A stretch of 63,653 nucleotides of DNA, filler included, from Chiloscyllium plagiosum (lineage: Eukaryota): the NCBI RefSeq assembly GCF_004010195.1. It is 5 parts of one record of this genome, joined end to end, with 100 filler letters (N's around TTAATTAATTAA, not from the genome) between each part and the next. Parts side by side here need not be neighbours in the genome. Positions count along the whole stretch, not along the records: positions 1 to 20,852 come from NC_057713.1; positions 20,953 to 43,743 come from NC_057713.1; 3 more parts are not named here. One strand, 5' to 3'. Shown here piece by piece: positions 13,443 through 24,383 of this stretch. Every line of letters begins with the position of its first letter. Within the stretch, counting starts at the first letter, position 1. The notes under the pieces are model-generated. The model searched no databases, was not told the origin of the DNA, and saw nothing but the letters and a program-made list of their open reading frames with translations. Made by a program: the position numbers and the translations under genes.

Positions 13443-14448
13443 TCTCCATCGCGGGAAAAAACCTGGTCATCAGGTGTGAGGCACTGTCATTGCTGTTATA
13501 CGTGGCACAGGTCTGGCCTATTCCCAGAACCTGTGCTGCTGCAGTCACCCGGGCCATCTTCCAGTTTATATGGAGGTCAAAGATGGACTGGGTCCGAAGG
13601 GACTCGCTGTACAAAGATCTGGNNNNNNNNNNNNNNNNNNNNNNNNNNNNNNNNNNNNNNNNNNNNNNNNNNNNNNNNNNNNNNNNNNNNNNNNNNNNNN
13701 NNNNNNNNNNNNNNNNNNNNNNNNNNNNNNNNNNNNNNNNNNNNNNNNNNNNNNNNNNNNNNNNNNNNNNNNNNNNNNNNNNNNNNNNNNNNNNNNNNNN
13801 NNNNNNNNNNNNNNNNNNNNNNNNNNNNNNNNNNNNNNNNNNNNNNNNNNNNNNNNNNNNNNNNNNNNNNNNNNNNNNNNNNNNNNNNNNNNNNNNNNNN
13901 NNNNNNNNNNNNNNNNNNNNNNNNNNNNNNNNNNNNNNNNNNNNNNNNNNNNNNNNGAGCAGCTCCGTGACGCGGGACTCCGTGCTCTACGGCCTATTCC
14001 CCGGGACGCACACCGAGACGAACATCAACTGTGCCTGGAGGATCATCAACTCGGTGAAGGACGCTCTCTGGGCGGTCCGAAACCTGTTGATCTTCCAGCT
14101 GAAGGAGGTGACCCCGACTGAGTGCTGCAGACTGGCACATTCCAAGGTCCAGGACTACGTGTTGAGGGACACGCTGAAGCTTGGGTCAGCTGCCGCCAAG
14201 GCGCGGTGGAGAAAGACCACCGTGTAACATCTGCCTACCTAAAGAAGAACAGGGGCCTATGCAGTCTTTTGGGCTCTGCTGACTCCTCAGCTAATTATAT
14301 GGGCATATGATTGAAAAATGTACAGACCTGTATACAAAATGATAAATTCTGATCTCTGTATGTACATGTTTACATATGTATGGCATGACAAATTGTACAG
14401 ACCATCAAATTATTTTATGAATAAAGTATATTTTTGAAATAAAAAAAA
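13443..14448 (+). mobile_element. 5'-truncated Tx1/L1-clade LINE
   Basis: LSIAGKNLVIR...FIWRSK...KDALWAVRN C-terminal ORF2 with stop at 14227, AATAAA at 14420 and a poly(A) tail. TSD AAAGCTGC at 13435-13442 and 14446-14453. Contains N gap 13623-13956. Confidence 0.85.
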
Positions 14449-14542
14449 GCTGCAAAACAAAATGACTTTAAAGTACTTATGCATGAAACACAAGGTGTCA
14501 TTGGTGTAGCAGATAACCAGGAAGGCTAGTGGAATGCTGGTC

Positions 14543-14906
14543 CCAAAAGAGAAAATGCTGAAAAATCTCAGCAGGTCTGGCAGCATCTGTAAGGAGAGAA
14601 AAGATGTTTCGAGTCTAACTGACCCTTGGTCAAAGCTAAAAAAAGGGGAGTAATAGGGAGGTATTATACTAAGCTGAGAGAAGGTAAGTCATGGCTCCAG
14701 AAGCAAAGGTAGCAATAAAGAGGTGATAATGACAGTGCATAGAGAGATTATAGGGAGACTAGGAGCTGTGAATGACCAAGGATGAAGCCAGTGCTATGTG
14801 ACAAAATATGTGGGGGATGGGAGGGATGGGTGAAGCAGAGGCAAAATGGAAAACAGGGGAGAAGGGTAGCAAAGGGGGAAGTGGAGAGAAAAAAGGTGAT
14901 GAGAGA
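14543..14906 (-). mobile_element. Penelope-like terminal fragment (U3:A8 hammerhead family, degenerate)
   Basis: Matches the 45909-46134 family. The minus strand reads TTGACCAAGGGTCAGTTAGACTCGAAACATC. Confidence 0.7.
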
Positions 14907-16127
14907 GGTCATGCCTCACAAACCTTATCGAGTTCTTTGAGGATGTGACTAGAAAAGCTGATGAGGGTCGAGCTGTTGATGTGGTGTATATGGACTTCAG
15001 CAAGGCATTTGATAAGGTTCCCCATGGTAGGCTCATTCAGAAGGTCAGGAGGAATGGGATACTGGGGAACTTAGCTGTCTGGATACAGAATTGACTGGCC
15101 AACAGAAGACAGCAAATGGTAGTAGAAGGAAAATATTCTGCCTGGACGTCAGTGGTGAGTGGTGTTCCACAGGGCGCTGTCCTTGGGCCTCTACTGTTTG
15201 TAACTTTTATTAATGACTTGGATGAGAGGATTGAAGGATGGGTCAGCAAGTTTGCAGATGACACAAAGGTGTTGTTAACAGTATAGAGGGCTGTTGTAGA
15301 CTGCAGCGGGACATTGACAGGATGCAGAAATGGGCTGAGAGGTGGCAGATGAAGTTCAACCTGAATAAATGCGAGGTGATGCATCTTGGAAGGTCGAATT
15401 TGAAAGCTGAGTACAGGATTAAAGATAGGATTCTTGGCAGTGTGGAGGAACAGAGGGATCTTGGTGTGTAGGTACATAGATCCCTTAAAATGGCCACCCA
15501 AGTGAACAGGGTTGTTAAGAAAGCATATGGTGTTTTGGCTTTCATTAACAGGGGGATTGAGTTTAAGAGTCGTGAGATCTTGTTGCAGCTCTATAAAACT
15601 TTGGTTAGACCGCACTTGGAATACTGCGTCCAGTTCTGGTCGCCCTATTGTAGGAAAGATGTGGATGCTTTGGAGAGGGTTCAGTGGAGGTTTACCAGGA
15701 GGCTGCCTGGACTGGAGGGCTTATCTTATGAAGAGAGGTTGACTGAACTCGGACTTTTTTAATTGGAGAAAAGGAGGAGGAGAGGGGACCTAATTGAGGT
15801 ATACAAGATAATGAGAGGCATAGATAGAATTGATACCCAGAAACTACTTCCCAGGGCAGAAATGGCTAACACAAGGGGTCATAGTTTTAAGCTGGTTGGA
15901 GGAAAGTATAGAGGGGATGTCAGAGGCAGGTTCTTTACACAGAGAGTTGTGAGAGCATGGAATGCTTTGCCAGCAGCAGTTGTGGAAGCAACGTCATTGG
16001 GGACATTTAAGAGACTACTGGACATGCAAACGGTCACAAAAATTTGAGAGTGCATACATGAGGATCAATGGTCGGCACAACATCATGGGCTGAAGGGCCT
16101 GTTCTGTGCTGTACTGTTCTATATTCT
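14907..16127 (+). mobile_element. CR1/HER1 LINE RT-to-3' fragment
   Basis: KAFDKVP, FADD, LYKTLVRPHLEYCVQFWSP, TRGHS and a TTCTAT tail. Confidence 0.92.
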
Positions 16128-16341
16128 ATATTCTCAAGTGGGGAGCAAGAGAAAGAGAGAAAATCAAGAAATAAGAGGTACAGAACAGTGAAATTTTTTT
16201 TTAAAAAAGATAAAGAAAATAAATGTAATAAAATTACAGAGCAGAATGAAAACAGAAATGCTGGCCCTTATCCCAAGAGGTTTGAATATAAGAGTAGGGA
16301 AGTCTCACTGCAATTGTACAAGGTGTTGATGAGACTACATT

Positions 16342-17100
16342 AGACAATAGACAATAGACAATAGGTGCAGGAGTAGGCCATTCAGCCCTTCGAGCCTGCA
16401 CCGCCATTCAATATAATCATGGCTGATCATTCCTAATCAGTATCCTGTTCCTGCCTTATCTCCATAACCCTTGATTCCACTATCTTTGAGAGCTCTATCC
16501 AACTCTTTCTTAAATGAATCCAGAGAGTGGGCCTCCACTGCCCTCTGGGGCAGAGCATTCCACACAGCCACCACTCTCTGGGTGAAGAAGTTTCTCCTGA
16601 GCTCTGTCCTAAATGGTCTACCCCGTATTTTTAAGCTGTGTCCTCTGGTTCGGCACTCACCCATCAGTGGAAATATGTTTCCTACTGCCAGAGTGTCCAA
16701 TCCTTTCATAATCTTATATGTCTCAATCAGATCCCCTCTCAATCTTCGAAACTCAAGGGTATACAAGCCTAGTCGCTTCAGTCTTTCAGTGTAAGGTAAT
16801 CCTGCCATTCCAGGAATTGACCTCGTGAACCTACGCTGCACTTCCTCAATAGCCAAAATGTCTTTTCTCAAATTTGGAGACCAGAACTGCACACAGTATT
16901 CCAGGTGTGGTCTCACCAGGGCCCTGTACAGCTGCAGAAGCATCTCTTTGCTTCTATACTCAATTCCTCTTGTTATGAAGGCCAGCATGCTATTAGCCTT
17001 CTTCACTACCTGCTGTACCTGCATGCTTGCCTTCATTGACTGGTGTACAAGAACACCCAGATCTCTCTGTACTGCCCCTTTACATAAATTGATTCCATTC
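16342..17100 (-). mobile_element. Young CR1 3' fragment
   Basis: Open 199-aa ORF at 16437-17036 with CR1 C-terminal motifs and a (CTATTGT)n tail. Confidence 0.92.
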
Positions 17101-18077
17101 TGAGTATTGAAGCAGTTTTAGTCCCATTATTTAAGAAACAATATTATTCACTGGAGGCAGTTCAGGAAGGCATCACAAAAGTGATCACTGACATGAAAAG
17201 ATTGTTTTATGAGCAAAGATTAAGCAGGTCAGGGCTCTTCTCATTGGAAGAATGAGAGATGATCTCATTAATTCTTAAGGAATTTAACAGATTAAGTGTT
17301 GATAGGATGATTCCCCTCATGGGAGAGTTGAGGACCAGAGGTCATAGTCACAGAATAAAGGGCCACCAATTTAAGACTGAAACAAGGAGAAATTTCTTCT
17401 TTCAGAGGGTTGTGAGTCTTTGTGAGTTTCCTTGCCACAGAGAGCTGTGAGAGCCTTTGCATATATGTAAGGCTGATTAAAGTAAATTCTTAATTAGTCA
17501 GGGAATCAGGAGTTATGGGGAAAAGAGTAGGAAAGTGGATGTGAGCAATGTCGGATCAGCTATGATCCTATTGAATGGTTGAGCAGGATCAAGGATCTGT
17601 GCGGCATACTCCTGTTCCTATTTCTGATGGTCTAATGGTCTTAATTTTTTCTGCTATGACTGACATAAATCTTAATGTCCTATACACTTGGTTAAGTCAG
17701 GAAGTATATTTTCTGAAGAGAGTCATCTTGGATTCTTCAAATATCTGTAATATTTATAGCTTAGCAAAGGCTTTTTAAATTTAAGTTGTTTATTTGGAGC
17801 ATGGGGTATGGTTATCTAAATCTCACAAACTCAAAGCTAAATTAACTAACGTGAACGTAACAAACAGAAGTTATTAGGGAAATACTTCTTGATCTAAGTT
17901 ACAAATAAAATCTAAAACCTATAAATCGATTACCAATAAAATGATGTTATAATGCAAATGATTCCATCAACTTTGATACAAGGTAACAGTTTTGGACAGG
18001 TTGATGTTGGAGATTGCATGAAGCTCCACACATGCTGTTGATGTCAGATGGACTTAGAGGGGAAAGGCAAAAAACTT

Positions 18078-20004
18078 TGAGTCATGGAGTCATAGAAAGG
18101 TATTGCATGGAAACAGACCCTTCGGTCCAACTTGTCCATGCCGACCAGATATCCCAACCCAATCTAGTCCCACCTGCTAGCACCTGGCCCATATCCCTCC
18201 AAACCCTTTCTATTCATATACTCACCCTGATGTCTTTTAAATGTTGCAATCGTACTAGCCTCCACCACTTGCTCATTCCATACACATACCACCCTCTGCA
18301 TGAAAAAGTTGCCCCTTAGGTCCTTTTATATCTTTCCCCTCTCACCCTAAACCTATGCCCTCTAATTCTGGACTCCCCCACCCCAGGGAAAAGGCCTTAT
18401 CTATATATCCTATCCATGTCCCTCATGATTTTATAAACTTCTGTAAGGTCACCCCTCAGCCTCCAATGCTCCAGGGAAAACAGCCCCAGCCTATTCAACT
18501 TCTCCCTATAGCTCAAATTCTCCAACCCTGGCAACATCCTTGTAAAACTTTTCTGAACCTTTTCAAGTTTCACAACATCCTTCAGATAGGAAGGACATGA
18601 GAATTGCATGCAATATTCCAACAGTGACCTAACCAATGCCCTGTACAGCCACGAACTGAACTCTCAACTCCTGTACTCAATACTCTGACCAATAAAGGAA
18701 AGCATACCAAATGCCTTCTTCACTATCCTGTCTACCTGCGACTCCACTTTCAAGGAGCTATAAACCTGCACTCCAAGGTCTCTTTGTTCAGCAACACTCC
18801 CAAGGACCTTACCATTAAGTGTATAAGTCCTGCTAAGATTTGCTTTCCCAAAATGCAGCACCTCGCATTTATCTAAATTAAACTCCATCCACCACTTCTC
18901 AGATCATTGGTCCATCTGATCAAGATCCCGATGTAATCTGAGGTAATCCTCTTCGCTGTCCTCTACACCTCCAATTTTGTTGTCATCTGCAAACTTACTA
19001 ACTATACCTCTTATGCTCACATCCAAATCATTTATATAAGTGATGAAAAGTAGTGGACCCAATACCGATCCTTGTAGCACTCAACTGGTCACAGGCCTCC
19101 AGTCTGAAAAACAACCCTCCAGCACCACCCTCTGTCTTCTACATTTGAGCCAGTTTTGTATTCAGATGGCTATTTTTTTTCCGCATTCCATGAGATCTAA
19201 CCTTGCTTACCAGTCTCCCATGGGGAACTTTGTTGAATGCCTTATTACAGTCCATAGAGATCACGTCTACCGCTCTGCCCTCATAATTTCTCTCAGTTAC
19301 TTCTTCAAAATCACTATCCCTAATCAGTCCTTGCCTTTCCAAATACATGTCCATCCTGTCCCTCAGGATTCCCTCCAACAACTTGCCCATCATGGATGTC
19401 AGGCTCACCGGTCTATAGTTCCCTGACTTGTCTTTACCATCTTTCTTAAACAGTGGCACTACGTTTGCCAGCCTCCAGTCTTCTGGCACCTCCCCTGTGA
19501 CTATCGATGATACAAATATCTCAGCAAGAGGCCCAGCAATCACTTCTCTAGCTTCCCACAGAGTTCCAGGGTACACTTGATCAGGGATTTATCCACTTTT
19601 ATGTGTTTCAAGATGTCCAGCACCTCCTCCTCTGTAATGTGGACATTTTTCAAGTTGTCACCATCTATTTGCCCACATTCTATATTTTCCACAGTAGATA
19701 CTGATGCAAAATACTCATTTAGTACCTCCCCCATCTCCTGTCACTCCACACAAAGGCTACCTTGCTGATCTTTGAAGGACCCTATTCTCTCCCTAGTTAC
19801 CCTTTTGTCCTTAATGTATCTCTAAAAACCCTTTGGATTCTCCTGAACTCCATTTGCCAAAGCTATCTCATGTCCCCTTTTTGCACTCTGCATCCAGAAC
19901 AGTTTTAAGCCAGTACACAGAAGTCCCCAAAAGAAAGGGGACACTCCTGGACTTAATTTTAAGTAATGAAGCTGTCCAAGCGGTTGAAGTATCAATGGGG
20001 CAAG
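18078..20004 (-). mobile_element. CR1/HER1 LINE ORF2 fragment
   Basis: [34 protein letters not shown]. Confidence 0.9.
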
Positions 20005-20825
20005 CATAGAACATAGAACATAGAACATAGAACATAGAACAATACAGCACAGAACAGGCCCTTCGGCCCACGATGTTGTGCCGAACATTTGTCCTAGCTT
20101 AAGCACCCATCCAATTGCCACTTAAAGTTCGCCAATGATTCTGACTCTACCACTCCCACAGGCAGTGCATCCCATGTCCCCACCACTCTCTGGGTAAAGA
20201 ACCTACCCCTGACATCTCCCCTATACCTTCCACCCTTCACCTTAAATTTATGTCCCCTTGTAACACTCTGTTGTACCGGGGGAAAAAGTTTCTGATTGTC
20301 TACTCTATCTATTCCCCTGATCATCTTATACACCTCTATCAAGTCACCCCTCATCCTTCTCCGTTCCAATGAGAAAAGGCCTAGCATGCTCAACCTATCC
20401 TCGTACGACCTATTCTCCATTCCAGGCAACATCCTGGTAAATCTTCTAGGCACCCTCTCCAAAGCTTCCACATCTTTCCTAAAGTGAGGTGACCAGAACT
20501 GCACACAGTACTCCAAATATGGCCTAACCTAAGTCCTGTACAGCTGTAACATCACTTCACGACTCTTGAATTCAATCCCTCTGCTAATGAACGCTAATAC
20601 ACCAAAGGCCTTCTTACAAGCTCTATCTACCTGAGTGGCAACTTTCAAAGATCTATGAACATAGACCCCAAGATCCCTCTGCTCCTCCACCTTACTAAGA
20701 ACCCTACTGTTAACCCTGTATTCCGCATTCTTATTTGTCTTTCCAAAATGGACAACCTCACACTTGGCATCTGCCACTCCTCAGCCCAGCTCTGCATCAT
20801 ATCTAAGTCCCTTTGCAGCCGACAG
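20005..20825 (-). mobile_element. Young CR1 3' fragment
   Basis: EYCVQFWSPHFRKD...TRGHKFK and a (GTTCTAT)n tail. Confidence 0.92.
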
Positions 20826-20852
20826 GGCTGAGGCTTATTCCTCAGCTTCCGT

Positions 20853-20952
20853 NNNNNNNNNNNNNNNNNNNNNNNNNNNNNNNNNNNNNNNNNNNNTTAA
20901 TTAATTAANNNNNNNNNNNNNNNNNNNNNNNNNNNNNNNNNNNNNNNNNNNN
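20853..20952. other. Artificial contig-joining spacer
   Basis: 44 N + TTAATTAATTAA + 44 N. Confidence 0.97.
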
Positions 20953-21084
20953 GGGAACAGGAGAATCGACGTTTCGGGCATTAGCCCTTCTTCAGGAAGA
21001 AGGGCTAATGCCCGAAACGTCGATTCTCCTGTTCCCTAGATGCTGCCTGACCTGCTGCGCTTTTCCAGCAACACATTTTCAGCT
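20953..21084. mobile_element. Inverted-duplicated Penelope-like terminal repeat with hammerhead motif
   Basis: Perfect 41-bp inverted arms at 20953-20993 and 20996-21036. The minus strand carries an intact CTGAAGA...GAAACGTC core. Confidence 0.8.
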
Positions 21085-21099
21085 ATGTTCTATGTTCTA

Positions 21100-22877
21100 T
21101 GGTACCACCTTAATCATTGTACTGAAGCTCTCCCACCGGCACAAACTAAGTCTAACACTGAGGTAAGGGGAGCTGAAGCCGAGGAACTTGGACACGGGCA
21201 GGCCACACAGGAGGCTAGTGCCCCTCAGCAGGGTTCCGAATAAGGGCCAGGTGAAGTTCTTGAGGATACTGATTATTTCGGAAATGACTGTGATGGAGAT
21301 GTGGAGCTTAGTTCTCCTGGCAGCGGGAATGGGGAAGACATGGGGGATGTCCATGATATCCCCCTCTCTGATGCCAGGCCCACATATCAGACTTGGAGAC
21401 CATTAACTTGGCACACCTGGGCTGGTAATGCCAGGGTCATTCAGGCTGGGAGGCAAAGTCGTATTAGAAGTGCAGACCTTTCTGCCCCAACATGGGTATG
21501 CGTCCGTGACAATCACTTCTATCAATGGGAAAACTATACCGTCTTAATAATGGCGAGACAGGGCTGTTTCTTGTGTCCTCAGGCAACCTCCTCATACTGT
21601 GTTGTCCCTATGCCTTATAATTCGACCACCTATACTCAATGGTGTTTGCAGCACTCTAAACGAACTCTTAACCCGGATGATCCATCAACTTCAGGCAATT
21701 CCACTGCCCGTTTTGGTGCCTCCTACTTCAGGCCTCTATGTTCTATCAGGAGGGTGATGTGGGCAGGCAGCAATTCCAACAATGGTGTGGCTATAGTACC
21801 CCTTGGTCCACCAGTCAGACTAATTACACATTCCCTATGAATGCTTTCAGGATACGGGAAGGGTTGAGTTTTGAATGCTTTAAGTGAAATGGCTCCACAC
21901 CAGTCGGCTATTTTAAGGGTCTTTGCGGGAATACGATTGAACTCGAGGTGGACACTACATTTGGGACTGTTTTAAATTCTCACCGCGTCCCACTGGCAGA
22001 TACTTGGTGGCTGTGTTGTAGGAAAGGAGGGTTGCGCCCAATGCTGCCCGCTGACTGGAGTGGCAGCTGTGCCAGTGTAATGCTCCTACACAGGGTAGTT
22101 ACATCGCCACACGCGCAGCTTGATGCTATGTCACAGTCAGTTTTGCGCTGAACTAATCGACGGTATGTCCCTGATCCGACAATTCGGATTGATAGCAAAG
22201 GACAGCCAAGAGGTATTCCTAATGAGTTTTAGGCCTGCAATGAGATTGCCACAGGCTGGGAGGCTCTCATCCCAGTGATAGGGGTTAGCAAGAATGCTGA
22301 ATGGATTAATTACATTTATTACAACCAGCAAAGATGTATCAATTATACTGATGATGCCGTTGTGGCCTTGGGAGAACAATTGGATGCTACCTCCAAAATG
22401 ACATGGCAAAACAGACAGGCCTTAGATTGGATACTGGCAGAAAAAGGCAGGGTTTGTGTGATGTTTGGGGAACATTGCTGTACCTTTATACCTAACAATA
22501 CTAGCCCTGGAGGATCTTTTACTGAAGCAATGGAAAAACTAAAGAATCTAAGACGGGAGCTACAAGACAATGCGGGGTTTGGTCATCAGGCTTTTGATTG
22601 GCTGAATAATATATTAGGGTCTTGGGGAGCAATGGTTTTTCAAGATAGATCTTATTTTAGGTGCGGTTTTGCTTATTGTCGCCTTTGTCTTTTGTTGTAC
22701 TTTACCTTTTATCAAGTCCATTTTAGTTTGTGTTACTACACAGCAACTCGTGGTCATTTCAGCTACCCCAGGAAGCACTTACTCCAGGAACCCCACCGCT
22801 CTATATTATGATCTGACAACCGCCACGGTGCAAGGAATATGTCCACGTGGGGACGTCATTGACACTTCTGAATTAAG
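21100..22877 (+). pseudogene. env: Endogenous retrovirus remnant: putative integrase C-terminal tail plus disrupted gamma-type envelope gene
   Basis: WYHLNHC (21100), SU CFLC (21565-21576), DTWWLC..LPADWSGSCA, a basic cleavage region R*TNRR, WINYIYYNQQR, ISD WQNRQALDWILAEKG, CX6CC (CVMFGEHCC) and TM LILGAVLLIVAFVFCC. Stops at 21886, 22149 and 22230, with frameshifts near 21830 and 22635. Confidence 0.9.
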
Positions 22878-24383
22878 TTCACCTTCAACAACAAAACTTA
22901 CAGACAAACCAATGGAACACCCATGGGATCTCCAATATCAGGGTCCTTAGCAGAGGCTAAGAAGAGACTTGAACAAACAGCTCTGCCAAACATCCAACCC
23001 AAACTTTGGGTCCACACCTTTGTCATCACTAAACAAAACAAATTAGAGGAAACCTTCAAGACCATCAATAATACCCTTACTGGCATAAAATTCACAAAAG
23101 AGGAGGAAAACAACAACAAACTGCCATTCCTAGATGTCACAGTAGAATGAACAGCCAATGGGAAGCTTCAAACCAGCTTCAGGAAAAAACATATCCGGAT
23201 CAAATACTGAACCACAGGAGCAATCATTCAACATCCACAAATGGAGCAGCAATAGAATATTATTTCAAAGAGCCACACACACTGCAGCACAGAGGAACTA
23301 TGCAGAGCAGAAGAAAATCACATATACAGTGTATTCAAAAAGAACAAGTACCCAACGAACACAATCCGCTGATTTCTCAGCAACAAACCCAAACAAGCAG
23401 ACAAAACACATCCAGAAACTCCAGCCACTCTCCACCACGAAGATTGGTGGAGTTGTGGATAGTGAGGAGGGCTCTTGTCGGCTGCAAAGGGACTTGGATA
23501 TGATGCAGAGCTGGGCTGAGGAGTGGCAGATGGAGTTCAACCCTGCCAAGTGTGAGGTTGTCCATTTTGGAAAGACAAATAAGAATGCGGAATACAGGGT
23601 TAACGGTAGGGTTCTTAGTGAGGTGGAGGAACAGAGGGATCTTGGGGTCTATGTTCATAGGTCTTTGAAAGTTGCCACTCAGGTGGATAGAGCTTGTAAG
23701 AAGGCTTATGGCGTATTAGCATTCATTAGGAGAGGGATTGAATTCAAGAGTCGTGAAGTGATGTTGCAGCTGTACAGGACTTTGGTTAGGCCACATTTGG
23801 AGTAATGTGTGCAGTTCTGGTTGCCTCACTTTAGGAAAGATGTGGAAGCTTTGGAGAGGGTGCAGAGAAGATTTACCAGGATGTTGCCTGGAATGGAGAA
23901 TAGGTCATACGAGGATAGGTTGAGAGTGCTAGGCCTTTTCTCATTGGAACGGCGAAGGATGAGGGGTGACTTGATAGAGGTTTATAAGATGATCAGGGGA
24001 ATAGATAGAGTAGACAGTCAGAAACTTTTTCTGATGGGTGCTTAAGCTAGGACAAATGTTCGGCACAACATCGTGGGCCGAAGGGCCTGTTCTGTGCTGT
24101 ATTGTTCTATGTTCTCTCCTACATCAAAGACATCTCGAAAGTGAATACCAGACTACTCAGACCTCTTGGCATCATGGCAGCCCACAAACCCACCAACACA
24201 CTAAAACAGCAGCTAACGAACTTGAAAGACCCTATACAGACAACAAGAAAAACTAATGTCATTTACAAAATACCTTGCAAGAATTGTAACAAACATTACA
24301 TGGGACAAACAGGCAGAAAACTAGCCACCAGGATACATGAATATCAACTAGCCACAGAAAAACATGACCCACCCTCACTAATA
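22878..24383 (+). mobile_element. Penelope/Poseidon-like element (RT + GIY-YIG), interrupted by CR1
   Basis: FTFNNKTYRQTNGTPMGSPISG, KLPFLDV and NVIYKIPCKNCNKHYMGQTGRKLATRIHE. Confidence 0.88.
23433..24114 (+). mobile_element. Young CR1 3' fragment with internal deletion
   Basis: TKIGGVVDS...RPHLE*. It jumps from SQKLF directly into the 3'UTR at about 24032. Possible TSD CTCTCC. Confidence 0.9.

Larger units (their letters stand above)
13065..17640 (+). mobile_element. Old CR1 ORF2/3'UTR split into four pieces by nested insertions
   Basis: Collinear CR1 pieces at about 13065-13442, 14450-14542, 16255-16341 and 17101-17640. Confidence 0.7.

Noticed and set aside
13352..14227. 291-aa ORF as a host gene
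   Set aside because: Chimeric read-through from a CR1 remnant into Tx1 ORF2, inflated by an N gap.
21100..22877. Functional domesticated syncytin-like gene
   Set aside because: At least three in-frame stops and two frameshifts, and the region is truncated by other retroelements on both sides.
20005..24114. Inverted CR1 pair flanking env as a composite transposon
   Set aside because: An artificial contig join lies between them, and each copy has its own independent insertion context.
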